DNA from: Minisyncoccia bacterium | GTDB lineage: Bacteria; Patescibacteriota; Minisyncoccia; Phycocordibacterales; Zambryskibacteraceae | NCBI GenBank assembly: GCA_049304335.1 | Contig: JBAQOA010000027.1 | Location: 1-41,259, forward strand | Length of the DNA: 41,259 bases | Reading direction: 5' to 3' | Position numbers and translations under genes: made by a program | In this document: positions 17,286-25,861 of the stretch, in pieces | Layout: each line of letters begins with the position of its first letter | Numbering within the stretch: the stretch's first letter is position 1 | Notes under the pieces: model-generated | Told to the model about the DNA's origin: nothing | What the model saw: the letters and a program-made list of their open reading frames with translations, nothing else | Databases searched by the model: none

Positions 17286-17614
17286 CAGATTAGATTTTCA
17301 ACAGCCACACGATTTTTCTCACCTTCATCAATCTTGAAATCGAATGACGGCATTCTCATAACTTGGCCGTGTTCTTGTACATATTCTGAAAATCCTTTTT
17401 TATTATCTGACAAAAAGTCCATAGCTTTTTTTTCTTCTGACTCAGGTAAAACAGAAACTAAAATAGTTATGTGCCTTCCAGAGTCAGACAATTCGGAACG
17501 AGTGACGGTTATAAGAGGAGACAGAGGCCCCTCCTTGGATATAAAAGCTGCCGCTAAGTGCTCTAGTGCGCTTGTTAATTTTTCTTTTCTAAAATTGTAT
17601 GTAGAAAAAGTCAT
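17285..17614 (-). CDS. rbfA: ribosome-binding factor A
   Basis: 109 aa, immediately downstream of infB. The RbfA-like core reads ITVTRSELSDSGRHITILVSVLP. Confidence 0.75.
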   Translation of the reverse strand: MTFSTYNFRKEKLTSALEHLAAAFISKEGPLSPLITVTRSELSDSGRHITILVSVLPESEEKKAMDFLSDNKKGFSEYVQEHGQVMRMPSFDFKIDEGEKNRVAVENLI

Positions 17615-17615
17615 T

Positions 17616-19100
17616 TTATTGTGTCACTTCAAGTTCAAATGCTTGTATTTCATCGCCCACTGCGATTTCCATTTTTGTCTCTATCATCGCCCCAAATTCT
17701 CTCCCTTCAATAGCCTCATTAATTCGCTCTTTTAAATATTGAAGTTCTTTTATCTTGCCAACTGCAATTTTCGTCTCGCGTCTCAAAATGTTTACCTGTG
17801 CATTTAATTTAATTGTTCCTGAAAGCACCTTTCCTCCGACCACTTGTTTGTCTTTGTTCTTGCTAAATATTCTGACGATCTTTCCTGTGCCGGTGATTGT
17901 TTCCACAGTAATTTTTGGGGCACGGTTTTCAATTTCAGCAAAAACTTCCTCAATTAATTTATAAATAATGTCATTTGAAATTATTTTTATAGATAATCTC
18001 TCCGCAAGAGATTTAGCAGCAGGGTCACTACCTATATGAAATGCAACTAAAATGCTTTCCTTGTCACTTTGAGCACTTTTAACATCTCCTTCATTTATGT
18101 TTCCAATGCCGGCAAGAATTATTTTTGGCGCAACTCTTTCATGGGTAAATTTAGCAATTTCGTATTTCAATGCTTCCAAACTTCCTGAAGTATCAGCTCG
18201 TAAAATAAGTGGGATTTGTTTCTTTTCACTGTCGGCCACATTGTCTTCTAATTTTGAAATGATTTCTTTTTGTGAGGCTTCTATAGCTTCATCTTTGCTT
18301 TCGTAAACTAAAAATTCCGAACCGACAATTGGTGCATCGCTCCAACCAATGATTCTGACTGGAGAACCAGCATGAACTGTTTCTACTTGCTTGCCCAAAA
18401 AGTTTTCCACCATCCTAAGCGGTGTGAAGGCTCCCATAGTTGCCGCAAAACCTTTTTTAACTAAAGTGCCATTTTTCAATATTGCAGTTGCTGTAACGCC
18501 TTTCTTTGGGTCTCTGTGAGATTCAATTACAACACCTCTTGTGATACTTGGATTTTCATCACGAATATTATTTACGTCAGCGATTAAAAGTATTGTATCT
18601 AAAAGGTCTTTGACGCCCTCGCCAGTTTTGCCCGAGGCCGCTACCCATGGGATATCTCCTCCATATCCTTCAACATAAACACCCGCTTCTGCTAAAGATT
18701 GTTTTGCCAATTCAATGTTTGCACCTGGCCTATCTATTTTTGTAAAAGTAACAATAAAAGGAAGTTCATTATTTAGAATCCACTGTATTGCTTCTTTTGT
18801 CTGTGGCTTTACACCGTCTTCAGCGGACACTACTAGTATTGCTATATCAGCCGCTGACGAACCAGACGAACGCATGGATTTAAAAGCTTCGTGTCCCGGG
18901 GTGTCGATAAAGGTGATAGTCCTTTTCGTGCCCTCATTAGAAATTTCTGCCTCGTAAGCAGAAATGTGTTGAGTGATACCGCCCGCTTCTTTGTCTACCA
19001 CATTGGTAGTTCTAATAAAGTCTAGAAGTGTAGATTTTCCGTGGTCAATATGACCCATAATGACAACAACTGGAGGTCTTTTTGTATTTTGGTTTGGCAT
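17616..19100 (-). CDS. infB: translation initiation factor IF-2 (short form lacking the N-terminal extension)
   Basis: 494 aa. G-domain motifs GHIDHGKST, DTPGHEAF and TKID, followed by IF-2 domains II to C2. Confidence 0.95.
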   Translation of the reverse strand: MPNQNTKRPPVVVIMGHIDHGKSTLLDFIRTTNVVDKEAGGITQHISAYEAEISNEGTKRTITFIDTPGHEAFKSMRSSGSSAADIAILVVSAEDGVKPQTKEAIQWILNNELPFIVTFTKIDRPGANIELAKQSLAEAGVYVEGYGGDIPWVAASGKTGEGVKDLLDTILLIADVNNIRDENPSITRGVVIESHRDPKKGVTATAILKNGTLVKKGFAATMGAFTPLRMVENFLGKQVETVHAGSPVRIIGWSDAPIVGSEFLVYESKDEAIEASQKEIISKLEDNVADSEKKQIPLILRADTSGSLEALKYEIAKFTHERVAPKIILAGIGNINEGDVKSAQSDKESILVAFHIGSDPAAKSLAERLSIKIISNDIIYKLIEEVFAEIENRAPKITVETITGTGKIVRIFSKNKDKQVVGGKVLSGTIKLNAQVNILRRETKIAVGKIKELQYLKERINEAIEGREFGAMIETKMEIAVGDEIQAFELEVTQ

Positions 19101-19120
19101 TGTATTTTTTGGGTAGTCAT

Positions 19121-19591
19121 TTAAGAAATAAATTTCTTAGCTTCATCAACTATATCCCTTTCTTCTGGAGTTAGCTCGACCTCACTTGAAATGAAATTTT
19201 TAATTGGTTTAGCAAATACACTCACTCTATCTCTGGTGGTGAGAGTAGAGAGCATCACACCATTTCCTTCTTCAGATAAAAGTGCTGTTGAGTGTGATTG
19301 CAGTCCACCTTCTCCAGTGCCCTTGAACGGATTGTAGCGTTTTGAAAAAGCGATTTGGGTTGATCTTTTTACTCTTTTTTCAAGAATATTTATGTATTCA
19401 GTCAATTCTTTTTGAAATTTTTGTAGCTGCGAGAGATCATCTAGTACTTTGTTGGCAGTATTCTCAAATGAAATACCAGAACCAGCTCTGAAAAATTTAC
19501 TTACTCGGACATAAATAAGCACAGTGAAAACAAGAGAAATCAGGGTAATTCCGAGGGCCAAGAGTGAGAACATTTCAGGGTTTATCGTCAT
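19121..19591 (-). CDS. DUF4446-like membrane-anchored protein
   Basis: 156 aa. N-terminal TM segment, a coiled segment, then the YNPFKGTGEGGLQSHSTALLSEEGNGVMLSTL...VFAKPI block. I recall that block from the DUF4446 family; this is from memory and not searched. Confidence 0.5.
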   Translation of the reverse strand: MTINPEMFSLLALGITLISLVFTVLIYVRVSKFFRAGSGISFENTANKVLDDLSQLQKFQKELTEYINILEKRVKRSTQIAFSKRYNPFKGTGEGGLQSHSTALLSEEGNGVMLSTLTTRDRVSVFAKPIKNFISSEVELTPEERDIVDEAKKFIS

Positions 19592-19680
19592 TAGTTTTGA
19601 ATTATTGCATTTTTGACACTTTTAATCAAAACTAGGCTCGTCAGAAGTTTTGTGTTTATCTAGATATAAAAAGTAGGACG

Positions 19681-20922
19681 ATGCTTAAAAAAGAAATTTA
19701 TCTTGACTATGCCGCCTCTACGCCGATTGATTCGCGCGTCTTAAGCGTGGTCAAAAAAACAGAAAAGAAGTTTTGGAAAAATCCTAGCTCACTTCATAGC
19801 GGGGGAGTTGAAGCGTTTAAATATTTAAATTCATTAAGGACGGGTATTGCGGAAGTATTGTTTGCTCATTCAGATGAAATATTTTTTACATCAGGCGGGA
19901 CAGAGTCAAACAACTTGGCCATCAGAGGAGTATTAAAAAGTTTTGAGAATAAATCGGCCTCTGTTTTAGTTTCGGCAATTGATCACTCATCAATTATTGA
20001 AACTGTGAAATCTTTAGATAAAAAAATTAAGGTAGTTTTTCTGCCCGTGACGGAAACCGGGAAAATAAGTACCGAATTTCTAAAAAAAGAATTGCTAAAA
20101 AAGCCAACACTGTTGTCTTTCGGATATGTAAATGGGGAAATTGGCACAGTTCAGGATGTAAGAGAAATTATGAAAATGGTTCGCCATCACAGAAAGGTCA
20201 ATAAAACCGCCACGCCATATGTACACATTGATGCTACACAAGCTGCGAATGTCTTTTCCTGTGAAGTGCATAAGTTGGGCATAGATTTGATGACGCTAGA
20301 CGGTTCAAAAATATATGGTCCAAAGGGCGTGGGCATGCTTTTTATAAGGAGAGGAGTGCCAGTGGCGCCCATTGTTTATGGCGGAGGACAGGAACAGGGT
20401 AAAAGATCAGGTACAGAAAATCTGCCAGCCATTTCAGGCTTTTATGAAGCGTTACGATTAGCGCAAAAGGATAAAGAAAAAAACTTTAAATCTCTAAAAT
20501 CCCTGCAGAGCAATTTCATAAAAAGTGTTTTATCAAAAATTCCACAAAGCGCTTTAAATGGCCCTGTCGAAGTCGGAGAAAAACCAGATTATGCTTATCG
20601 ACATCCTGGAATAGCGAGCTTTTGTTTTGCGGGCGCTGATGCAGAGCAGGCGGTTCTGATTTTAGATTCTTTTGGAATTGCAGTGTCGCCATCTAGCTCT
20701 TGTCAAAATTTGGCCGAGAGGTCGAACTCTTATGTGGTGGAAGCGCTTAGCCATAGTTCTACGGGCAATAAATCTGGAGGAAATGCAAAAGATAAATGTG
20801 CACTCTCATCAATTCGTTTTTCATTTGGTAAGTTTAGTAAAATTTCTGATTTGAAATATGTGGTTAAATGTTTGAAGAAGGCAGTAGATGATTCAAAAGG
20901 AAAAAAGATTACACTTTTGTAA
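19681..20922 (+). CDS. cysteine desulfurase (class V aminotransferase, IscS/NifS-like)
   Basis: 413 aa. SGGTESNNLAI, HIDATQAA, the PLP-Lys region DGSKIYGPKG, and the Cys loop SPSSSCQN. Confidence 0.85.
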   Translation: MLKKEIYLDYAASTPIDSRVLSVVKKTEKKFWKNPSSLHSGGVEAFKYLNSLRTGIAEVLFAHSDEIFFTSGGTESNNLAIRGVLKSFENKSASVLVSAIDHSSIIETVKSLDKKIKVVFLPVTETGKISTEFLKKELLKKPTLLSFGYVNGEIGTVQDVREIMKMVRHHRKVNKTATPYVHIDATQAANVFSCEVHKLGIDLMTLDGSKIYGPKGVGMLFIRRGVPVAPIVYGGGQEQGKRSGTENLPAISGFYEALRLAQKDKEKNFKSLKSLQSNFIKSVLSKIPQSALNGPVEVGEKPDYAYRHPGIASFCFAGADAEQAVLILDSFGIAVSPSSSCQNLAERSNSYVVEALSHSSTGNKSGGNAKDKCALSSIRFSFGKFSKISDLKYVVKCLKKAVDDSKGKKITLL

Positions 20923-20946
20923 AATGTTGTTATAATACGAGAAGTT

Positions 20947-21711
20947 ATGGAAGCTCTAACAAAGACACAGCTAATACTTTTAACACTTCTTATCTCTTTT
21001 GTTACGTCTATCGCGACGGGCATTATGACGTCTTCGCTTTTACAAAGCGCCCCCACAAATGTTACCCAGACAATAAATAGAGTAGTTGAAAGGTCTATTG
21101 AAAGAGTTTCTGATTCAACTGGCACAAAGGAAGTTCAAATTGTTTCTGAAGATGACAGAGTTATCAGTGCAATTCAGAAAAACCAGAGCTCTTTAGTGAG
21201 AATAAAACAGGTTATACAAGATGGTACTACAGCTTTTTATGCTCTTGGCGTTATCACATCAAAGGATGGAGAAATCTTGGCAGAGTACACACCAAATTTT
21301 TCAAATCAAACGTTATTTTCAGCACTTTTTAGTGATGGCACGATTACGAATCTCGCTGTGCAGAAAGTTTTACCAGATTTTGGCGTAGTTGTATTTAAAG
21401 CTGCAGCTGTTCCTGCAAGCGGTGTAACTGTTGCAACCTTTACTAAATCAATGCCAAAACTTGGTCAAACGGTGATAGTCCTTGAAGGTCAAAGTGATAA
21501 CTACACTCTTGTAGGCAGAATCACAAATCTTCAAGGCGAATCAACAACCACACCAAGAACAATTGAAACTGATTTTGCTAATTCAAAGGGCACATCTGGT
21601 GCGCCACTAATCGATCTTACTGGTGACATTTTAGGCATAAGGCGCTCGGATGTAACTTCTGGAAACGCATTTACTTTTTCACAATTTTTCCAAAAATCAA
21701 TCGCAAGGTAA
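20947..21711 (+). CDS. membrane-anchored trypsin-like serine protease (no PDZ domain)
   Basis: 254 aa. N-terminal TM segment. Active-site Ser context KGTSGAPLIDLTGDILGI. Confidence 0.7.
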   Translation: MEALTKTQLILLTLLISFVTSIATGIMTSSLLQSAPTNVTQTINRVVERSIERVSDSTGTKEVQIVSEDDRVISAIQKNQSSLVRIKQVIQDGTTAFYALGVITSKDGEILAEYTPNFSNQTLFSALFSDGTITNLAVQKVLPDFGVVVFKAAAVPASGVTVATFTKSMPKLGQTVIVLEGQSDNYTLVGRITNLQGESTTTPRTIETDFANSKGTSGAPLIDLTGDILGIRRSDVTSGNAFTFSQFFQKSIAR

Positions 21712-21754
21712 TGGATTGACTGTGCGTGCTTTTTAATTGTATTCTATAGCCCCA

Positions 21755-24445
21755 ATGCCACCATTTCAGCAATTTACAACCAAAGCGAAAGAGGCCATAC
21801 AGAAGGCCCATGAGCTTGCTATTGAAAGGGGACAAAATCATGTTAATCCTATGCATCTTTTGGCTGCATTAGTGACACAAGATGAATCAACAGTCAGTCT
21901 AATTTTGGATAGGCTAAACATTGATTCTATTCTTCTAACAGATTCGATTTTAGAATCACTAGAAAGCTCTGGGGGAACACAGACGCTATCATCTTCATAT
22001 CAAATTTATTTAACGCCAGAACTGGCACAAATTTTAGATGGTGGTATGAAGGTTGCGAAAAATCTTGGTGATGAATTTGTTTCTGTAGAGCACCTTTTAC
22101 TTTCACTTTTGGAAGTGCCAAGTGTTGCGCGCGATTTATTATCAAGATTTAAAATCGACAAACAAACCGTCTTACAAACAATTGATGAGTTGAAGACAAC
22201 AAAGGATGATAAAAGTAGAGATTTAAAAAAACCAAAATCAATTCTAAAGTACACTCGCTCACTAACCAAACTCGCAAAAGAAAATAAACTTGATCCTGTA
22301 ATAGGTAGAGATAATGAAATTGCTCGTATCATTCAAATTCTCTCCAGAAGAACAAAAAACAATCCCATACTCATTGGTGAGGCAGGAGTTGGTAAGACCG
22401 CAATTATAGAAGGATTGGCACAAAGAATTGCTACCGGCAACGTCCCAGAATCATTAAAAGAAAAAGATATTGTCTCTCTTGATTTGGGGCTTCTTATCGC
22501 TGGTACAAAATACCGAGGTGAATTTGAAGAAAGATTAAAAAATATTTTAAAAGAAATTGAACGTTCGGAAGGCAAAATTATTTTATTTATAGACGAAATT
22601 CATACCATAGTTGGAGCGGGTGCTGCCGATGGGGCAATGGATGCATCAAATATGCTTAAACCACCCCTTTCTCGTGGAGAATTAAGGGCTGTAGGTGCTA
22701 CTACCCTCAAAGAGTACCAAAAGCACATAGAGAAGGATCCAGCTCTCACAAGGCGCTTCCAGCCGGTATATGTAAATGAGCCATCTATAGAAGATGCCGT
22801 TGCAATACTTCGTGGATTGAAAGAGAAGTATGAGCTTTATCATGGCGTAAGAATTACCGATGAGGCGATTGTTTCCGCTGTTAATTTATCTTCCAGATAT
22901 ATTTCTGACAGATTTTTGCCAGACAAAGCAGTAGATTTGATTGATGAGGCCGCTTCACATATGAAAATTTCGCTTGAAAACATGCCTCCAATTCTTGAGG
23001 AAGCAAATACAAAAGTACGTCGACTAGAAATTGAGAAGGAGGCCCTAAAAAAAGAAGTTGCCACCACAAAGGACACCAAAACAAAGGCGCGCATAAAAGA
23101 AATAGAAGATGAGATTGCCGAATTTAAAGACCAGACAAGAGAAATTGAAATGAAGTGGAAGAGTGAAAGGGATATCGTCGAGTCTCTAAAGACTATTAAA
23201 AAAACATTAGAAAAGTTGCGTCACGAAGCAGAAGGGGCAGAAGCAAGAGCTGATTTGGCGCGTGCTGCCGAAATTCGTTATGGACATATTCCAGAACTTG
23301 AAAAAGATTTTGATTTGAAGAGCAAGAAATTAAAACGTTTGCAAGGTTCTCGCAGAATGGTTAGAGAAGAAATAACTGCAGAAGATATTGCGGATATTGT
23401 TTCTAGATGGACAGGTATTCCAGTGACAAGGATGCTTGAAAGGGAAGCAGAACGTTTATCTAGGATGGAAGAGTTCTTAACGGCAAGAGTCGTAGGTCAG
23501 GAAGAAGCTGTAAAAAAGATTTCAGACACAGTAAAACGCTCACGTGCGGGAATTTCTGATCCCAATAGACCGATTGGCTCGTTCATTTTCTTGGGTCCTA
23601 CAGGTGTTGGTAAGACAGAACTCACAAAAGCACTTGCAGAATTTTTGTTTGATGACGAAAGAGCATTGATAAGAGTTGATATGTCGGAGTTTATGGAGAA
23701 ACATTCAGTCTCAAAACTGATTGGCTCACCTCCAGGATATGTTGGTTATGAAGAGGGCGGTCAATTGACAGAGCTTGTTCGCCATCGGCCATATGCAGTA
23801 ATTCTGTTTGATGAAATCGAAAAAGCACATCCGGAAGTGTTTAATTTACTCTTGCAGGTTTTAGATAATGGACGATTGACTGACGCCAAAGGTAGGGTTG
23901 TGAATTTCAAAAACACTTTGATTATTCTCACCTCAAATATAGGTGCCCAATTTATAGACAAAATGGAAACTATTGGTTTTTCAGACAGTAGTAAAAAATC
24001 TGGTTATGAGGATGCGAAGGAAAAAGTTTTGGCATCTCTAAAAGATTATTTCAGACCTGAATTTTTGAACCGATTAGACGACATTGTTTTGTTTGATGTG
24101 CTTTCAAAAGAGGCAATAAAGAAAATTGTTGATATTCAAGTAAGTGAAGTGAAGAAGAGATTGGCCGACAGAGATATAGCACTTATCTTGAGCCCACAAG
24201 CCCTAGAATTGCTCGCTTCGGAGGGTTATAGCCCACAATACGGCGCAAGGCCACTAAAGCGCGTAATACAAACAAAAATACTCAATCAGGTCGCCTCTCT
24301 TATGTTGTCTAAAGGACTTTCAAGGGGTGGTGAAGTATCTGTTGGCGTGAAAAATAATGAGTTAGTGTTTGAAATCAAAAAAGGGAGAGGTGGTTCACTG
24401 TGGAGTGAAAAAAGTGTACCTAAAAAAGTAACTGCAAAGAAGTAG
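21755..24445 (+). CDS. clpB: ATP-dependent chaperone ClpB
   Basis: Clp_N repeats, two AAA+ modules ([18 protein letters not shown]), and a long coiled-coil middle domain. The ATG at 21755 is preferred over the TTG at 21737. Confidence 0.95.
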   Translation: MPPFQQFTTKAKEAIQKAHELAIERGQNHVNPMHLLAALVTQDESTVSLILDRLNIDSILLTDSILESLESSGGTQTLSSSYQIYLTPELAQILDGGMKVAKNLGDEFVSVEHLLLSLLEVPSVARDLLSRFKIDKQTVLQTIDELKTTKDDKSRDLKKPKSILKYTRSLTKLAKENKLDPVIGRDNEIARIIQILSRRTKNNPILIGEAGVGKTAIIEGLAQRIATGNVPESLKEKDIVSLDLGLLIAGTKYRGEFEERLKNILKEIERSEGKIILFIDEIHTIVGAGAADGAMDASNMLKPPLSRGELRAVGATTLKEYQKHIEKDPALTRRFQPVYVNEPSIEDAVAILRGLKEKYELYHGVRITDEAIVSAVNLSSRYISDRFLPDKAVDLIDEAASHMKISLENMPPILEEANTKVRRLEIEKEALKKEVATTKDTKTKARIKEIEDEIAEFKDQTREIEMKWKSERDIVESLKTIKKTLEKLRHEAEGAEARADLARAAEIRYGHIPELEKDFDLKSKKLKRLQGSRRMVREEITAEDIADIVSRWTGIPVTRMLEREAERLSRMEEFLTARVVGQEEAVKKISDTVKRSRAGISDPNRPIGSFIFLGPTGVGKTELTKALAEFLFDDERALIRVDMSEFMEKHSVSKLIGSPPGYVGYEEGGQLTELVRHRPYAVILFDEIEKAHPEVFNLLLQVLDNGRLTDAKGRVVNFKNTLIILTSNIGAQFIDKMETIGFSDSSKKSGYEDAKEKVLASLKDYFRPEFLNRLDDIVLFDVLSKEAIKKIVDIQVSEVKKRLADRDIALILSPQALELLASEGYSPQYGARPLKRVIQTKILNQVASLMLSKGLSRGGEVSVGVKNNELVFEIKKGRGGSLWSEKSVPKKVTAKK

Positions 24446-24449
24446 AAGT

Positions 24450-24478
24450 TTGTAATATGGCCAAATAAAGGTTATAAA
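24450..24478 (+). promoter_or_regulatory. sigma70-like promoter in front of the tRNA-Tyr fragment / GIY-YIG / tRNA-Tyr unit
   Basis: TTGTAA (24450-24455), a 17-nt spacer, then TATAAA (24473-24478). The predicted start lies a few nt before the tRNA-like 5' end at 24488. Confidence 0.4.
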
Positions 24479-24480
24479 TT

Positions 24481-24539
24481 AGCTTACGCGTCGGTGGTAG
24501 AGCTTGCCCCGCCATGGCGGGGTGAAGTCAATTACAACA
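24481..24539 (+). pseudogene. duplicated 5' half of tRNA-Tyr carrying a 25-nt hairpin insertion
   Basis: AGCTtAcGCGTCGGTGGTAGAG ... TCAATTACAACA repeats 24781-24817 of the intact gene (acceptor 5' strand to anticodon-stem 5' strand). The D-loop TGG is replaced by CTTGCCCCGCCATGGCGGGGTGAAG. Confidence 0.7.
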
Positions 24540-24782
24540 ATGTGGCATGTCTACGTTCTCAAAAGCCTAAAAACCAATAAATATTATATTGGATGTTCAA
24601 ATAATTTACCCAGAAGATTAAGAGAACATAACTCCGGAAAAAATATCTCAACAAAATTTGGAATACCGTGGGCATTAGTCTACGAAGAATTATTTGAGGA
24701 TCAAAAGCAGGCTTTCGATAGAGAAAAAAAGATAAAATCATATAAAGGTGGAAATGCGTTCAAAAAATTGCTAGATTTATAG
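24540..24782 (+). CDS. GIY-YIG nuclease superfamily protein (small stand-alone URI domain)
   Basis: 80 aa from the ATG at 24540. MWHVYVLKS...KYYIGCSNNLPRRLREHN...E...K gives the GIY, YIG, Arg and Glu landmarks. The track's upstream TTG start would read through the tRNA fragment. Confidence 0.8.
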   Translation: MWHVYVLKSLKTNKYYIGCSNNLPRRLREHNSGKNISTKFGIPWALVYEELFEDQKQAFDREKKIKSYKGGNAFKKLLDL

Positions 24783-24787
24783 CTAAT

Positions 24788-24870
24788 GCGTCGGTGGTAG
24801 AGTGGTCAATTACAACAGACTGTAAATCTGTCGCCTTCGGGCTACGAAGGTTCGAATCCTTCCCGGCGCA
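24788..24870 (+). tRNA. tRNA-Tyr(GUA)
   Basis: 83 nt. Acceptor stem GCGTCGG/CCGGCGC, anticodon arm ACAGA-CTGTAAA-TCTGT, long variable arm, T-arm GAAGG-TTCGAAT-CCTTC. Confidence 0.9.
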
Positions 24871-24883
24871 CAAAATAAAATAG

Positions 24884-24899
24884 CTTGGCTTTTGCCAAG
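24884..24899 (+). terminator. small stem-loop after tRNA-Tyr
   Basis: CTTGGC-TTTT-GCCAAG, followed by ACCATTTTATTT. Confidence 0.45.
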
Positions 24900-24919
24900 A
24901 CCATTTTATTTAACGTTGC

Positions 24920-25048
24920 GAAGGGTTCGAACTGTTGGAAGGGGGTCGGGGAAACGAGAGTTTCCCGTGCCGGAACAATTTAAACCGACGGGTTTAAAAG
25001 CGCAGTCCCGCTAGGGCGGGACGAGCAGTGAGATTCCTTCCCGGCGCA
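24920..25048 (+). repeat. tRNA-3'-end-linked GC-rich structured module, copy 1 (next to tRNA-Tyr)
   Basis: GAAGG-GTTCGAAC ... AGTGAGA-TT-CCTTC-CCGGCGCA. The interior blocks are shared with 41133-41259. The 3' 18 nt are identical to the tRNA-Tyr 3' end. Confidence 0.6.
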
Positions 25049-25055
25049 CAAAGAA

Positions 25056-25367
25056 GTGGAACAAATAAGAAATAAATACAATCCAGAGTTATACAATGAA
25101 TATTTGATGCGACTAAGGTCGTTGGTCAATATTAGTGACGAAGATGTTTTTGATGATTTCACCGAAGAGTTGACCCAATTTGCAAAAGAATTGAATGTTA
25201 AATATGGCGAAGATATAAGACGTCTAGCACTTTTTCATGCCTTAATCGGCAGTACTATTGGGCCATATACTGGTATAGAGGGCGATGATTTAGAGGGCAC
25301 TGATTCGATCGCTAAGTTTATTGATGATATGTATGGTAAGTACAAACAATACTTGCCAAAAGAGTAA
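25056..25367 (+). CDS. hypothetical acidic protein
   Basis: 103-aa ORF with host-like AT-rich composition. GTG start with a weak SD; the first ATG is 51 nt downstream. No motif recognised. Confidence 0.4.
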   Translation: MEQIRNKYNPELYNEYLMRLRSLVNISDEDVFDDFTEELTQFAKELNVKYGEDIRRLALFHALIGSTIGPYTGIEGDDLEGTDSIAKFIDDMYGKYKQYLPKE

Positions 25368-25388
25368 TTTTCGTTATTATAACCGTCT

Positions 25389-25544
25389 ATGTCACAAGAT
25401 CAGCTAATAATGTTGAGAAACAAAGAAACCGGCGAGGTGTATTACACTCGTAAAAATAAGCGTAAAGTAGAGCGAAAAATTGAGCTAAAAAAATACTCCA
25501 AAAAGCTTAGAAAGAGGATAACTTTCAAAGAAGCAAAGAAATAA
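25389..25544 (+). CDS. rpmG: 50S ribosomal protein bL33
   Basis: A 51-aa ORF, too short for the ORF track: MSQDQLIMLRNKETGEVYYTRKNKRKVERKIELKKYSKKLRKRITFKEAKK. The pattern is typical of L33, and a terminator follows. Confidence 0.8.
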   Translation: MSQDQLIMLRNKETGEVYYTRKNKRKVERKIELKKYSKKLRKRITFKEAKK

Positions 25545-25550
25545 CAAAAG

Positions 25551-25573
25551 AGTTGCCCTATGGCAACTTTTTT
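25551..25573 (+). terminator. intrinsic terminator of rpmG
   Basis: AGTTGCC-CTAT-GGCAACT followed by a T-run. Confidence 0.75.
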
Positions 25574-25574
25574 G

Positions 25575-25739
25575 TTATTTTAAAAGTCTTGTTGCTGGGC
25601 TCTTCAGGGGAGACTGGCGATAAGCGGCATTACGGTTGCTCATCCTCGGAGTACCCGGTCCCTGACGAAAAATGTTTCCAATCGGGCAGTGCCCGAAAAG
25701 TATTGAGAGCCACAGGCGAGGACTGTGGCTCTTTCTTTT
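25575..25739 (+). ncRNA. candidate small RNA (unassigned) in a GC-rich islet
   Basis: About 165 nt without a credible ORF. Pairings include TCAGGG (25604-25609) with CCCTGA (25660-65) and CGGGCA-GT-GCCCG. It ends in the terminator AGAGCCACAG-GCGAGGA-CTGTGGCTCT-TTCTTTT (25706-25739). The 5' end is not defined. Confidence 0.35.
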
Positions 25740-25861
25740 AAATAAATGAAGGAATCGGTCATGCATAATTTTCTGCTGAAAATTTACGTGACCCCGACTC
25801 GCACCGTCGCGCTTCGTCTTTTGGCACTTTACAGCCTCTTCGACACGTCTCGAGTGCTATT

